Shown: positions 24,123-36,961, numbered from the whole stretch's first letter. The stretch is DNA of 63,918 nt, filler included, from Asterionella formosa (GCA_002256025.1; 7 parts of 7 records of this genome joined end to end with filler, not necessarily neighbours in it), one strand, 5' to 3'. Notes: generated from the sequence alone by a model not told the origin. Translations and numbers: made by a program.

Positions 24123-26715
24123 AACAGTTTGGGAAATAACAGATCGCATAGACGAAGTTTGAACAAAGATGTCAGGGCCATGATTCATGAGGAGCATGAT
24201 TTGTTAGATTACATGGTGTGTTAAATTTGGCCATACAGAGCTGATGTGGTGTGAGCTACTCCGTCATCACATACCTGATTCCATCAATGGAGAACTGGAA
24301 TCCCGATTCCCCATGTAATTTACTATGGAATCAACTCTCAAAGATTGGCCAAGGTTTTCACAATTGTTTTACTTTAGAATTTGGTTGTCACTTTGTAATG
24401 AAAAAATATTCTTTTAATAAGGACCATGACTCCATATTCTATTACAACGGGAATTTTGGCAATGCTGCTAATCGATGCTGTCAATAGCTCTGGTAGGTCA
24501 TCATCATGATGAAGTTTGAAAATTCTGTCATTCTGAGCGAGTGAAAAGCCATGGTCTCAGCAAAGGGTCGTCTGCTATCCATGCAACAAGGGGAACCACT
24601 GCTCCACCACCACTTCCAGCCATCAGTGGCTAGAAGAGTTGAATGGGGCCAAGGATCTATCGACATGTCTTTTCTTGCAGAACCTGGTGATCAATTCCTT
24701 GGGTTATGTCTTGCAGGCCTCCCACCTAATGCATTTTGCTTATTTCAGAGTTCTCCAACCACATTTCATTTATGTTATGGAAAGTTATATTGTCAGCCAG
24801 GCATTACAGAGAAGTTGTCGTTGCATCATCGACTTGTATGAGAAGAGACAAAGTGCAGGCAAAGTTTCTGTTTTATCATAATACTTTCTTTGGTCCATTA
24901 CCTTTGTAGCGCCATTAGCTAGTAAGGGCAAGAATTAGTGACAATTCACGGGATGCGAAATTTCTAGTCAATTAAAGAACTAACAGTGTAATGTTGAACA
25001 TCTTGATGTAAATCTGAAATGACCTTCCCCATAATTCCATAGAAATATGAACCACGACAGTTAGTTTGTACGTGAAAGTCACTACAAAAAATACGTTTAG
25101 TTATTTTCTTGCATTTTGAGTTGTTTCATCCCCCATTCCGAGATTTAATTTTCTCAAGTTTTCTCTTTAATTTGTACATTAAATAGAAATAAAATCTATA
25201 GTATAAGTTATCAAGGGAGCTACTACGGAATTAACGGTGTCTCTACTTTGGCTATATCTTTAAAACTGAACAAACGACGACCAAAAACAAATTCTATTCT
25301 CTAGTAGCGATGTCAGTTTTTGTTTTCAATATCGATGCATTTTTTAATTCAACAATCACTTCCTCTATGTTAGGCTAGATATAAGTGCAAAATTGGAATG
25401 GTTCATTGACAGTTTTCGTTGAGATATTGAGTCTGATCAGTTCATCCTGGCCAACGACACCCTACATAGTACGGCAATACAAAATCAAATTTAACCGCTA
25501 TACACATGGAAAACTTGTCATCCACAGTTAGGATTCAGATGCCGGGGCAGTTACATCACGTTTCGGTCTTCAAACTTGAGATTTGTATACCAGTCTCCTA
25601 AATACTCTCCCAACTAGCAATGCAAAACGTATAAACAACAAAAACCCATTATTAATTTTATGTAGCTACGAAGCTACCAGTACTTGGTTCCGGTATGCTA
25701 TCATTGTCGCAACCAGGGACCGGTATTTAATTCTAGATGACTGTAGAGTTCAGTAGACAAACATATGATGGCAAAATTGTGTACACCAGTAAAATTTAGA
25801 CTACCAGTACCAGCAACGGTGCACCTATAGGCGTCATCCTATCAGCACGAGCCACACCTTAAACCAATAGAAATTCACAGCGATGCATTATGAACGGAAG
25901 CTTAAATTGGTTTGGCTTTTTTTCTACAGAATATACATGTAGTTAGGTTGAGATGCTCTGCACACCATGAACTAGAATCCTGTCCATACATATGGCTAGC
26001 TATGCTACATGCCATCTTCAAACGGAGTAAGTAAGTACATGTATTCATTGAGCCTGATTGGTAGTCAGCTGGCAAAAAATGCTTAAAGTTACAAATATAT
26101 ATACCCATATTATATATATATGAAAATTGAATACGAAGGAACATACTGGTATCTACTGGGCAATTGTAAGACTAAATAGTATATAAGTATTCAGGTTGTA
26201 AGAAGTATACTATATATTTGCAACTCATAAAATTGACTCCTGGTGGGTTTGGGAAGCAAACGAAAAGAATTTTCCAATGATAGCATTCAAATCTATAATA
26301 GCTCTTTTTCTCAAAATTTCGGCGCAATGGAACAAAGTTGATGCACCATTGTACCTGCAGGAGCCTGTAAAAAAGAATTGTAACAATTGCATTAAATCCA
26401 TACTATAAAAAGTGACATAGCTAGAAACAGGTTTAGTAGTACTTGCTGTTGTACTTATTATTACCGCTATGTATGTATTTATGTATGTATTGTTTGCTTG
26501 TGTGTCTATGTATTACTGTTTTTCTTCGTCTTCATATTCATTCAGTGTGTGGTCCATTGACCATCAATATATTATCGTGAAATCTGAACAGATATAGACG
26601 TTATAAACTTATATTGGAAGTTGATATAAAAGATTATTGATTTGCTAGATCATATTTAGTCAAAAAAGTTATCATGAATTCCCTTGAAGAACTCATTGTG
26701 AATTTTTAGACATTT

Positions 26716-27790
26716 TTGTGCAATGAAGGTATTTTTCTACTTTCTTGCATCAGTTTTTTTATCACATGGCTGAAAGCTTTTGTTAAACCTGTAATTGAGA
26801 AACAACCAAACCAATCATTTTCCTCTGCTCTTCCACTATTGCAATATCCTGGTCTCCTGCAGCGCTTACTTAAATTTGTGACACTTGATAGACCTGACAA
26901 CATGCCCCAAGCCACAGGGGTACCACCACAAAAGGATAACTTACAGAAATTGAGTGAAATTTTTTGAAAGTCTTTCAGATAACATCAATGATGATGAATC
27001 AGACAGAGGAAGAATTCAAAGCTTCTGTAGTTCAAGAAATTGAAGAGCATGACATTTGTGGTGGTGTCATTACAATCGATTTTCTAAACAATCGGTTGAA
27101 AGAGCACCACAAACAACTTGAACAGGTGCTTTGTGAACAACTTCAACAAGGAGGACAAAATGGTCAGCTACCTCAACCACTTTCTGAACAAGAGCACAAC
27201 AAGGTCAACAAAAGGGGGTAGATCATCCTTTGTATTGCTGCATTGGAAAGTTTCGGCAGGTCTCAAGGGGTTGGCAGTTTCCTGAAAAGATTCTCTGCTG
27301 GGCAGCGTGGGCGGAGTATATGACTAAATGGACAACCAGCCAGGCATTGTAAGACCTTGTCGCCTTCTTAATCCACGGCCACTAACCCCTGACAAGAAGC
27401 TCCGGGATAGCCTTATTAGAGTTAAGACCAATGTTCAAATGACGGAACAAGCACTATACATGAAGATTCCAACAGGGTCACACAATTTTCACACCAGAAT
27501 TTGAATGCAGGCAATTAATTTTCTCAAGGCAAGATCTGGATATGTTTGGGAGCGGTCAGCAAGAACTGAGGTTCTTATTCTCAGCTCATGATCTAAACAT
27601 GTTCAGCGTAGTAGTAATACTGAGAAGTTTGGGAATGAAAATGACCATGCCAATCTTCCAACTCCAGATCGACACAACGCTCCTCACAGGAATAAATGGC
27701 AGCGGCGGCGCCAGCTTGCACCTGCTAGCTAAGTTACTTAATCAAGGAAGAAGAGTTTGTAAGAGGCATGATGCTCCTAAAAATGAGTGA
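26716..27790 (+). pseudogene. Degenerate ORF resembling the C-terminal region of stramenopile Crypton (tyrosine recombinase element) proteins
   Basis: Fragments ...QATGVPP..., HPLYCCIGKFRQVSRGWQFPE..., VRPCRLL with stops and frameshifts. The catalytic region is not seen. Confidence 0.4.
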
Positions 27791-29177
27791 ATATATTCAC
27801 ATAAATATATATCAAATGGACTATTCATTTAGCTGCACAATTGTAACTACATCGAAGCGACATTGTATTATGCTACTATATGAAATTTTATGTGGAACAG
27901 ATTAATTTTGTGTTTTTTATTCTAGCCTACAGCTAATATTGAATCGATGTTTAAATTTAAATTTTTTTCCCAATGGTTGGCAGAAATTGAGTTTTTATTT
28001 TTGCATTTAGCTTGCCCTTGCCGCTTTGCCTAGGATCATATTTCGGATGCCATGTGCAACATTTCACCACTGCTAATCAACTTTCTTGCCAACTTTCCAT
28101 AGCTGATGGTTCCTTGGAATTCCGCCCTTAAATCCTTATAAAATCCGCATCAATTGCCTTGGAATGGGTCATAAGTAGAGTCACAAAGGCGATAGGCATA
28201 AGCAGTGAAAGGTGTCATGATCTGGTGCAGGTGTTGGTGTGCCATTGGGAATATCATGGATATCAACGGAAGGATTCACTTGCAATGAATTCATATTATA
28301 ACTTTGATTTTGAAGTGTGTCGCAAAACTATTGTGTCTAAGCAATGACTCATTCCTTTTTCATAGCTATATAAGCAATGTTTAGACTACACAAAATAACT
28401 GGAACAAAAATGGTCTAATCAGACATTCCTTTTATATATATATAATGCATATCATAGCTACTATACAAATAACTGGTACGAAAATGGTGTAGTCAGAGAT
28501 GCTCTAGTCAAAAGCAAGTGAGAAGTGCAGCAGAATGCCAACAGCCAGCACAAACTGATGAGTTTTTTGAAGGCTTTTTACGGTTTACACAACACAGCAC
28601 TGTTGTTTCTCCTTTGCCAGTTGAATTTGCTTTCGAGGTCAGCAGTTTGCAAACAAGTCAGCAATTTAACAAAACAATGGTGAGTTTCTTCTCTTCAAGT
28701 GCCAGGATTTGTATTAGATTACCAGTATCTAGTTTCAGCCGGGGGGGTGTATTATTTAATCTGGGTGCGAGAATGGTGAACATCTGTTGCCCACACTTTC
28801 TACACATTTGCCACATTAAACAATACTGGTTGCTCTGTCGCTCATGTCCCAGGCTACAGAACCAGGGTACCGTTATACCTGGTATATTTTTTACATGGTG
28901 TAGTACCGTTAGCGTAATACATGATACAGTCCGTATTTAGGACTGTATCAACGTACCTGGTACTCCAGCGTCTAGAATACGGGTACGCATTACTGCGTTT
29001 TCGCGATCACATCTTGACTATTTTCGAATCGGAAAGTACATAATTCCGGGTATTAGTGATCTTCTATATAACTCTATAATTATGTAATCTATTTCGACAG
29101 GGCTGAATTTTCTTCAATCAAGGCTTCTGTCGTGATCGACAAAAAATGTAGTGCAATATCGCCATGGCATTTCACGA

Positions 29178-29765
29178 TCAGTGCGCTTCCTCAAAGTAGG
29201 TTGGATCGCAATGAACCGGATGAATAAGTTCTCCAGACTCAGTGCATTTGTACATGCTGTCGTCTTCGGTAACCAGTCTCCAGTCCCATCCTTCCGCAGC
29301 AAATTCCACGGCGTTTCGTTGGGCATTAGAGTTGATTTCTTCAGCAGTCATCCACAGACGGTCTTTGACACGTTGAGAATACTCATCTCGGCGTGGAATC
29401 GGAACAACTACAACATCTTCCTGAAAGGTCAGTCGCCGTTCATTGGAATCCGTGGAGGAGTTGCAGGACGAGGAGCCGCCTGTTGCGGGAGGCAACTCAG
29501 CAGTTGTCCCCTGAAAAATATTGAGGAAATTCCAGTTTTGTGGTTCTCGCTCTTCCTTATATTTGAGTGGTTCACTGGTAAGAATGACTTTGCCGAGAAG
29601 TGAGCCTCTGGATGGAAGTCGATCTTTCGGTTTCTCGCTACTTGCGATGTCGTCAATACCAAGCCTGTGAATGTAATTCGAACGTATTCTCAGGCTGGTA
29701 GTCATTTTCTGTTCCGCAACCTGGTTAGGCTCTGTTTGTGGTGTGTCAGCTGCAGATTGTTCCAT
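29178..29765 (-). CDS. Hypothetical protein (195 aa)
   Basis: Clean ATG ORF, CpG-retaining, with a structured C-terminus (RRLTFQEDVVVVPIP...RNAVEFAAEGWDWR...GELIHPVH); possible RVxF-like motif. Confidence 0.8.
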   Translation of the reverse strand: MEQSAADTPQTEPNQVAEQKMTTSLRIRSNYIHRLGIDDIASSEKPKDRLPSRGSLLGKVILTSEPLKYKEEREPQNWNFLNIFQGTTAELPPATGGSSSCNSSTDSNERRLTFQEDVVVVPIPRRDEYSQRVKDRLWMTAEEINSNAQRNAVEFAAEGWDWRLVTEDDSMYKCTESGELIHPVHCDPTYFEEAH

Positions 29766-29947
29766 TTCTTCGTGATGCTGTGTGAGGGAGACTATTGCAA
29801 GAAGTTAGCGCTGAAATTGGGTCAGGTGGGTCAGGGGGTACTACAGTAACAGAAAATTGTGTTGCAACGGATGATCATGGGATAGCTATAAAAGTGCTAC
29901 TGGGAACAGTGGTACCAGTTCCGAATGTGGCATAGAACGTGGTTAAT

Positions 29948-29971
29948 CTGGTACCTGGTACCAGGTACCAG
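29948..29971. promoter_or_regulatory. 24-bp perfect palindrome of GGTACC units upstream of the 29765 gene
   Basis: ctggtacctggtaccaggtaccag equals its own reverse complement. A regulatory role is inferred only. Confidence 0.45.
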
Positions 29972-30504
29972 TCGTACATGAAACGAAACACCGGTAGCCA
30001 AGGAGGCGAATTCTCTCAACGAGAATGCAAGATCAGTCATCTGGGAAGGAGGCTCGGAGTCGAAAACTCGCTCATCAGCATCATAAATATGTATGTACTC
30101 CTCCGCAATGGGGTGACGTACCCTGGTACCAGACTACCAGGTACCGGTAGGAGGAATTACTGGTATGACGAAGCAACTAATAGCTATATAATAAAATAGC
30201 AGACTGGGAACGCACCGGACACCAGTTGCACCGGGCGGTAGTATTTATTATTCATGTACAAGGACCTACGTTCGAGATTCTGAAGCATTCACGTCAGCGA
30301 CGATTCACATGTAATGTCCCATAGAGAATGTATCGGTCCCATTTGTTACAGAGGAACTTCACATGCTACATAAGCCGGTACTTCCGGCAGGAAATTTGAT
30401 GAGAAGCGATCAAACAAAAAAAGGATTTAATCTTGTTTGTTTTCTCGATTTTCACCACCAACAAATCAACCGATTGAATGCAATTGCATCCCAGCATAAA
30501 GAAT

Positions 30505-30604
30505 NNNNNNNNNNNNNNNNNNNNNNNNNNNNNNNNNNNNNNNNNNNNTTAATTAATTAANNNNNNNNNNNNNNNNNNNNNNNNNNNNNNNNNNNNNNNN
30601 NNNN
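30505..30604. other. Artificial contig spacer
   Basis: N-TTAATTAATTAA-N, 100 nt. Confidence 0.98.
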
Positions 30605-30638
30605 AGAAATTTACTTAGGTCCATTATAAGGGAAATCT

Positions 30639-30721
30639 CTTCATTGTCCTGGGCCCCCCTTAAGTAAAATCAGTCAAATTCAGTCACGGCAGTGTACATT
30701 GGGGGGTCCAGGACAATGAAG
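30639..30721. repeat. 21-bp inverted repeat (1 mismatch) with a 41-bp spacer
   Basis: cttcattgtcctgggcccccc (30639..30659) and ggggggtccaggacaatgaag (30701..30721). Confidence 0.8.
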
Positions 30722-32862
30722 TATACGGTATTCGACAAATACACTTGAAGCAGGCCCTGTCACAGGTGGAAATTTGCTCCGGTATGTCTTCTACGGGAAC
30801 ATCATGTGAGCCAATGGTTATTGCGAAAATATTTTTTTCATTTCTTCACTTTCTTCTATAGTTGACTAATTTCACTTTTCATGATGCCCCTCATTTGGAT
30901 TGCTGAACCTCCAATCTTGGTCTTACCTAGTACCACCATCATGGTGACCTGTAAACCGGTTTGTTGCAACAATTGAAAGGTCCATCATGGTTCCTGTTCT
31001 TGCAAACAATGATAACAATACAACTACTACTGTTGTGAATGAAGGAGCAGCAGATGCAATGATTAACACTATAAAGCCAAGATTTGCTAATTCGATTTCC
31101 AAAAACATATATTATGAAAAGCTTATCCTCCTGAAGAATGGTGTGACATTGGATGATTGTTGGATTCGGACACCTCATGGGACAATCAGACAGATTCCCT
31201 TCCAAGTGTACTATCCATCATCTGCACCTAACAATGTCCTTCCCCTACAGCAATACCATTGCACTAGTCCCTGATCATCATGTTCCATTGCCGAAATATA
31301 TTTCTTCATTGATGATGCCTTCTATGCACATTTCAAATTGCATTTCTACAAATGGAATCGCACCATGGGCCTCCTTCAGGAAGCATTTGAGTAAAGAAGA
31401 ATGACTAGAGCTAGGACATTTCATCGATGACAATCAACAACAATGATGCCATGGATTGCGACAATGTTGAAACCAGTTGCAATGGTGGGATTACCTTCTT
31501 CAATCAGTGAGTCCTCCACAAAGGCTCTATCATCTAAACACATGTTTCTCTTTCCAAACTCAGGCATAATTACATTGGATGAAGTAGGCACCAAGGCATG
31601 TTGGGATGATATGTTGCAACGAATTTGTTGTTTTTGATTGATTATGATGCAGCAACAAATGCCATGCATACTGTGACATCAGTGACAAATCAGAATCAAA
31701 GGGTTCAGTAGAAACAAACTAATCCAAAACCCTCAGCCAGAGTGGGGCCCAACAGGAAATCTTTCACCCAATCAACACTCACAATCTCATTCTCTGGCTG
31801 ACATGAGCAGTGCAGTCATATAGAATCGCTTCAAGATCAACCCTTGTACCGTGATCCATCATTGAGTACAAGAATGGCAAACCTAGAAATATTCTAGTTA
31901 GAATATTCGATTAAATGATTAATAGGTAAACTTTCTTTGCTGAAAGGAAAGATTTCTAGCGCTCGTTAAAACATGGAAAATATCTGCTTTTTGGTATCAT
32001 GGTGTTCCATTGTTGGCTCATCACGGTGATGCTGCAAATGAGGTTGGTTGGTTGGGAGACGAAAGCATTCTTGACAGTGGCTTATTTCTCCTGAAGGGCA
32101 TCATGGGAAGTATCATATTATTGAGACCGCTACATAAATGAAACTTCGAAAAATAGCATATCATGAGCGAGGCTTAGGTACAAACTTTGTTGCCCTTGGC
32201 TGTAATTGCTCTACAAGCCTCTGTGGGAAACCATCCATGAATGAACTTTGTAGTTATCATTTTCTCAGGACTAGATTCCTGTTGGAAGGTGCAAGAGAAT
32301 GCCTTACAATTTATGGCCTCATCCTGAATGTAATACAATGTTATCCTGTAAAATACCTCTTGTATAGCTAAGTTTTTTCTCGATATCGTCATTCTGTAAG
32401 AAGACACACTATGAATCCAGAACTTTCCAATGAATAAGCTTGCAAGTATAGATGGAAAATTAAATGAAGCTTATAGTTCTTGCCCTTTATTTACTTTCTG
32501 ATGTGTTTCCAAGTGGTGTTCTGCCAGAATATCTACTTTGATATATATTTTTGAATTAATGAAAAATCTCCTGTATCTTTGTGTTTTTCATCATCTTGAT
32601 TGGATTGAACCCATCAAAGCTTTGCTCGGATGGGAAGTGTGTGCATTTTATTGGACAAATATGACGTTATGTCCATAATTTATCATATGGTGCCATGATT
32701 GATGTTGATTTTCAAATTTTTCTTTCCAATTTATGAGACCTGCAATGGCATTTTGATGATGATCATAATACTGTATGAAATGAAAAAATAAGGGATTTGA
32801 AGGAAAATGATGGTCATCACAAAGGTTAACTCTAGAAAAAGTTTACAACAACTTCATTATCC

Positions 32863-34524
32863 TTAAACCAACACCCCAACATTCTTCACTTCTACAAGCC
32901 ATTTTTCCAAAAGATCAGAAATCAGAATGTACCCTGCTTTAATATCATCAGTGTCATAGTCATTTGGACCACCATGGGACAACTCAGAATGGTGGGCCCC
33001 GTTTGGAAAGTTAATTGCAACAAGTGAATTAGTTAAATCATTGGTAATTGAAGAGATTGACCACCCATCATTCAGTCCATTAGTGAAAAGAATGCGTGTT
33101 GCTCCCTTCGAAACCAAGTCATTGAATCCCCATAAGTTAACAAGCCGATATGGCTGGGGGATAACCCCAAATCTATAATGGCAATGAGCTGACAGCCATT
33201 CCAAGCTCCATTTGCGGGGTGGGAACATGCTTTTCTTGGAAAAATCTGTTCGGATAATCAGGTCAGTGCAAAGCTGAAACTCCCAGCTCCGACCATCATT
33301 TCCAGGGCCTGCTCCCGACCAGTCTGATGAGGAAATTGTTGCACGGGCACCAGCAGGTAAAATACTCATCATATCGAAACACTTGCCATGTATTTTGGAA
33401 CTGCCTTGCTCAATTCCTTCGTCAGCGCTTTGAATAACTGCCAAAACAGCACGCATTTTCTCAAAAATGTTTGTTGCATTGTTCTGGAACAACTTGCATG
33501 CAATTATCAATTTTGTATTCTCATCATTTGGGGGGTAATATGCCATATTGAAGTCTGCAAATGTCATGCTCACAAGCATCATAAGCTCCTCACGAAAGAC
33601 TTCATTTGTTTGAATATATTCAGGAATAGTGTTTGGACATATTCCCATCAAATCCTCAAAGTCCTTAAAGGTAGCATTACTTGTGCTGATCCAATCCGCA
33701 ATATCTAACAAACTTGATTTGGTCGCAGATGCGCACCCAGGGGACGCTTCATCAGCAATCTTGGTTACAAATTCAAAATAATCCCAAGAGTTGACTTGTT
33801 GGGCTTGCATGTGCAATGGTGCCGACGCTGCATACGCAATATCAATCACATCAGGATGCACTAGTCGCAACATGGCAGAAAGGAATCCCGGGTACGATCC
33901 TCCCACAGTTATAACTGGACAGTAGTCTGGAGAGGAACGATCTGTCGAGCAATGCAACTCGTGTTGTTTGTAACGAAGCAGACGAATAAGATCCGCCATG
34001 GCTTGTTCTGGTGTGAGATACCCAACCAGATCGTGATTATGCTTCACTGGACCCAACGGCTGTGATTCTCCATAAAAGCGATGTTCTGGCTGAAGCACGA
34101 ACGCCTGAAACCGTTTCGCTAGGTGCTCAGATACAAAGGGGTACAGGATCTTGGTCAGTCCTCCTTCTCCACCAACAATAACAAAAATGGGATGACCAGG
34201 TCCCGCAAAGTATTTGCTGCTGACAAAGTATCGCTGAGACCAGGTAGTTGCATTTGTCGCTGTTAATCCCGGAGTATTAAAATGATCGACAAGTTGCTGG
34301 TCAAAGAGGAAAGGAATTTCGCTTTCACGAGGAGCTGGTCCCTTCGGTAGCACGAAGAAGCAAACGGCACCAACAGCACATGCCAGCACGAAACCGAGTA
34401 AAATCAACCCTTTAACAAAGGCTCCCGCCTTTGTCGATTCACGCCGGTTGGGAGAGTCAGGATAAGTTGATGGGATGCTACCGTATCCTTCGTTGTAATT
34501 CTTTGCCATTATTACTTGCTGCAT
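32863..34524 (-). CDS. Serine carboxypeptidase family S28 (prolylcarboxypeptidase/DPP7-like) with N-terminal membrane anchor
   Basis: FDQQLVDHF, WSQRYF, GGEG, EHRFYGES, LTPEQAMAD, nucleophile motif GGSYPG, ILFTNGLNDGW and AHHSEL; single 553-aa ORF. Confidence 0.93.
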   Translation of the reverse strand: MQQVIMAKNYNEGYGSIPSTYPDSPNRRESTKAGAFVKGLILLGFVLACAVGAVCFFVLPKGPAPRESEIPFLFDQQLVDHFNTPGLTATNATTWSQRYFVSSKYFAGPGHPIFVIVGGEGGLTKILYPFVSEHLAKRFQAFVLQPEHRFYGESQPLGPVKHNHDLVGYLTPEQAMADLIRLLRYKQHELHCSTDRSSPDYCPVITVGGSYPGFLSAMLRLVHPDVIDIAYAASAPLHMQAQQVNSWDYFEFVTKIADEASPGCASATKSSLLDIADWISTSNATFKDFEDLMGICPNTIPEYIQTNEVFREELMMLVSMTFADFNMAYYPPNDENTKLIIACKLFQNNATNIFEKMRAVLAVIQSADEGIEQGSSKIHGKCFDMMSILPAGARATISSSDWSGAGPGNDGRSWEFQLCTDLIIRTDFSKKSMFPPRKWSLEWLSAHCHYRFGVIPQPYRLVNLWGFNDLVSKGATRILFTNGLNDGWSISSITNDLTNSLVAINFPNGAHHSELSHGGPNDYDTDDIKAGYILISDLLEKWLVEVKNVGVLV

Positions 34525-35575
34525 GTACTAGCTGAGGCCAGTACGGATGAAAGCGAAGGGTTTAGTCGTTCATCTAGTTCTTTATGTCCCGGTAGTGCAA
34601 TGGCAGGGAAGGAGCCTCGCAGCGCTGCAAGCCTTTGTTCAGTGTCTCATCAATCAATGGCTGACATTTCATCTCGATATTTGATCGTCGCTAAATAAAT
34701 GTATACGGGTCTTTTTGGTTGCCATATTTTGTACATAAAGAGTATTATTATAGGTACGGGTAGAATGATCCCTGTATTTACTGACGACAGAATACATCAT
34801 CAGCCGAATCCCGGAACATCTAAAATCAATATTGTTTTAAGTAGTTACCTGGTAACCCGGGTCAAGGGTATTGGTAACACGCACAGCCGACACACCATAT
34901 GTTAACCATGTTTTGTCGTCCTGTAGTTCCCGGTAGTATCATTTGTGAAGTAGTAATAATGGAAATCATGTACCGGTATACAGTGTACAAGAGGAGGCAT
35001 AACACACATGAGGATGCGTCGCTATGAATTTAACTGTTTTAAATAATAGTTAAATTAATATTTACTGTCAGATATATCAGAGGGCCTTTGACAATATAGT
35101 ACCGGTATACGATGTATTATATACCGGTAATATTACATCAGCAAAGAATAAAATTTGGTGTGATGTAATAATTTTGGCACAAATTATTCTGGTATTTCGA
35201 AGCGCGCCCAGTAATAAATAGTCCGTACCTTTTCAAACTCGTTGTAAGTCACACAAACCGGTATGCATGCTGGAGGCAAAATAATTGGTACTGTACATAA
35301 TAATTATACATTTATCTCTGTCATATACGTAAAATGCATAATAGAGGTAGTCTAGTACAAAAATCAATATTGATGATAAATATTTGAGTTTCTATATTTA
35401 CTATTTATATTCTTTTTCTTGTTTGCTTTGTTATATTTATTATTTCCCGGTCATCATGGAGTCGATTATTATTCGCTCACTCCATCTCCTCTCAATCATG
35501 GAGGATGATTTCATTGTTCTTTTTACTACATCCGCCCTCATTCATATACATTAATACATAGTATACATATCCTAC

Positions 35576-36961
35576 ATGAATACCGTAATTGTACCGATAC
35601 AGATCGTAAACAATACCGGGTATATCAATCAAGCCAAGGATTGTATTTTTATAGGCAACATGCCTCCACCACCGCCTCCCTCTCAAAGCTATCTTTGGAA
35701 ATTCGACAGCAGTAGCAGCAATAGCAGCAGTGATGAAGATAATGACAACGATGACGAGCGCCAGATGCAGCAAGGAGGAAGCGTGTTTTTTAAAGATCAG
35801 AACCCAGAACAAGTGCAACCAATTAGACGCGAGACAACTACTACCAAACCAACAACAACAACTACTACTACTGCTACTACTAATACTTCACCCATGCTGA
35901 TAACACCTGAGAAGGTACCGATTCAATCAGAGGCAATGAATCAACAAGAAGAACTGTCTAGCTTGAACCAAAAGAAAAACAGGAAGCGCCGGAACCGCAG
36001 AAAAGGCAAGACCAATACTCCCAAGCAGAATGTCACATTCGGCACTGTTGCTGTTCATTCCTTTTCCCGACAGCTAGGGCAAAGTGTGATCACAGCTGAT
36101 GGAGGATGGCCTCTGGGGTTAGGAGAGTCGATAAGTATGGAGGAATTTCCCATTGACGACTTTCACCAAGGCCGACAACTCATTTTGAGGGACCGCTGGA
36201 TCAAGGTCACGGGTGATCAAGAGATTCCCACTGAACCACTTGAGACTCGTCCATTTGATTACAAAAAGAATCTGAGAAATCCTCTATTTCAGCCACTCGA
36301 TGAAGATCAACGCATATCCCTGCTGACAAGTACTAAATTGCCTTCCATCATCAATACTACAGGGAACAGTAGACCTCGAAGCAATTCCGATGTTGGCAAC
36401 AAATCTCGTCGGAGCAAATCCTTGGCATCTGCTGGAACTACTGGCCCATACTCCTCTACTGAAATTCTCCAAGTTCGCCATGAACTTGAAGACATTCGTG
36501 TCAGTCGAACTACAGATATTGGGTGCTCCTGTCGGAAACTAGTGGTATACATTCCACCAAAAATGACAGATGGGACAACATCCAGTATTGTGGGGAAAAA
36601 GGCAGCTCATCGACGGATGAATGAACGAAAACTCAAGGATGAAGTCCGTCGACGTGGTATGTGGAAACCAGGACTATCCCGTGAGCAGTTGGAAGGGATA
36701 CTTCATTCTGCGATTGAAGGTGAAACATGTTGTAGTAGTGCCGACACTTGCCCTTGCATCAAAAATGAACTATCATGTCAAGCTGACATTTGTCAATGTT
36801 GGCACACATCACACCAGACAAAAGAATACAAAGATGAGGGAGTGAGTGTGACTAGTATCAAGGAACGGTGTGGCAACAAGTTCGGCATGTATGTAGTGGA
36901 TGCGGAGGCGATTTCAGAATTCAGGAAAATTTGGCTATGTCAGTTTATTGACAGTGCATAA
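35576..36961 (+). CDS. Cysteine/serine-rich nuclear protein (CSRNP/AXUD1)-like protein; true start possibly ATG 35660
   Basis: Ser/acidic tract, basic NLS KKNRKRRNRRK, NVTFGTVAVHSFSRQLGQSVITADGGWPLGLG, ELEDIRVSR..IGCSCR and CPCIKNELSCQADICQC...CGNKFG, in the same order as the CSRNP N-terminal conserved region. Confidence 0.8.
   Translation: MNTVIVPIQIVNNTGYINQAKDCIFIGNMPPPPPPSQSYLWKFDSSSSNSSSDEDNDNDDERQMQQGGSVFFKDQNPEQVQPIRRETTTTKPTTTTTTTATTNTSPMLITPEKVPIQSEAMNQQEELSSLNQKKNRKRRNRRKGKTNTPKQNVTFGTVAVHSFSRQLGQSVITADGGWPLGLGESISMEEFPIDDFHQGRQLILRDRWIKVTGDQEIPTEPLETRPFDYKKNLRNPLFQPLDEDQRISLLTSTKLPSIINTTGNSRPRSNSDVGNKSRRSKSLASAGTTGPYSSTEILQVRHELEDIRVSRTTDIGCSCRKLVVYIPPKMTDGTTSSIVGKKAAHRRMNERKLKDEVRRRGMWKPGLSREQLEGILHSAIEGETCCSSADTCPCIKNELSCQADICQCWHTSHQTKEYKDEGVSVTSIKERCGNKFGMYVVDAEAISEFRKIWLCQFIDSA

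Noticed and set aside
24200..24900. Possible decayed coding sequence; similar stretches at 30900..31900, 44230..44930, 53300..54800 and 61148..61620
   Set aside because: CpG-poor with short broken frames, probably old TE debris, but I could not assign any motif with confidence.
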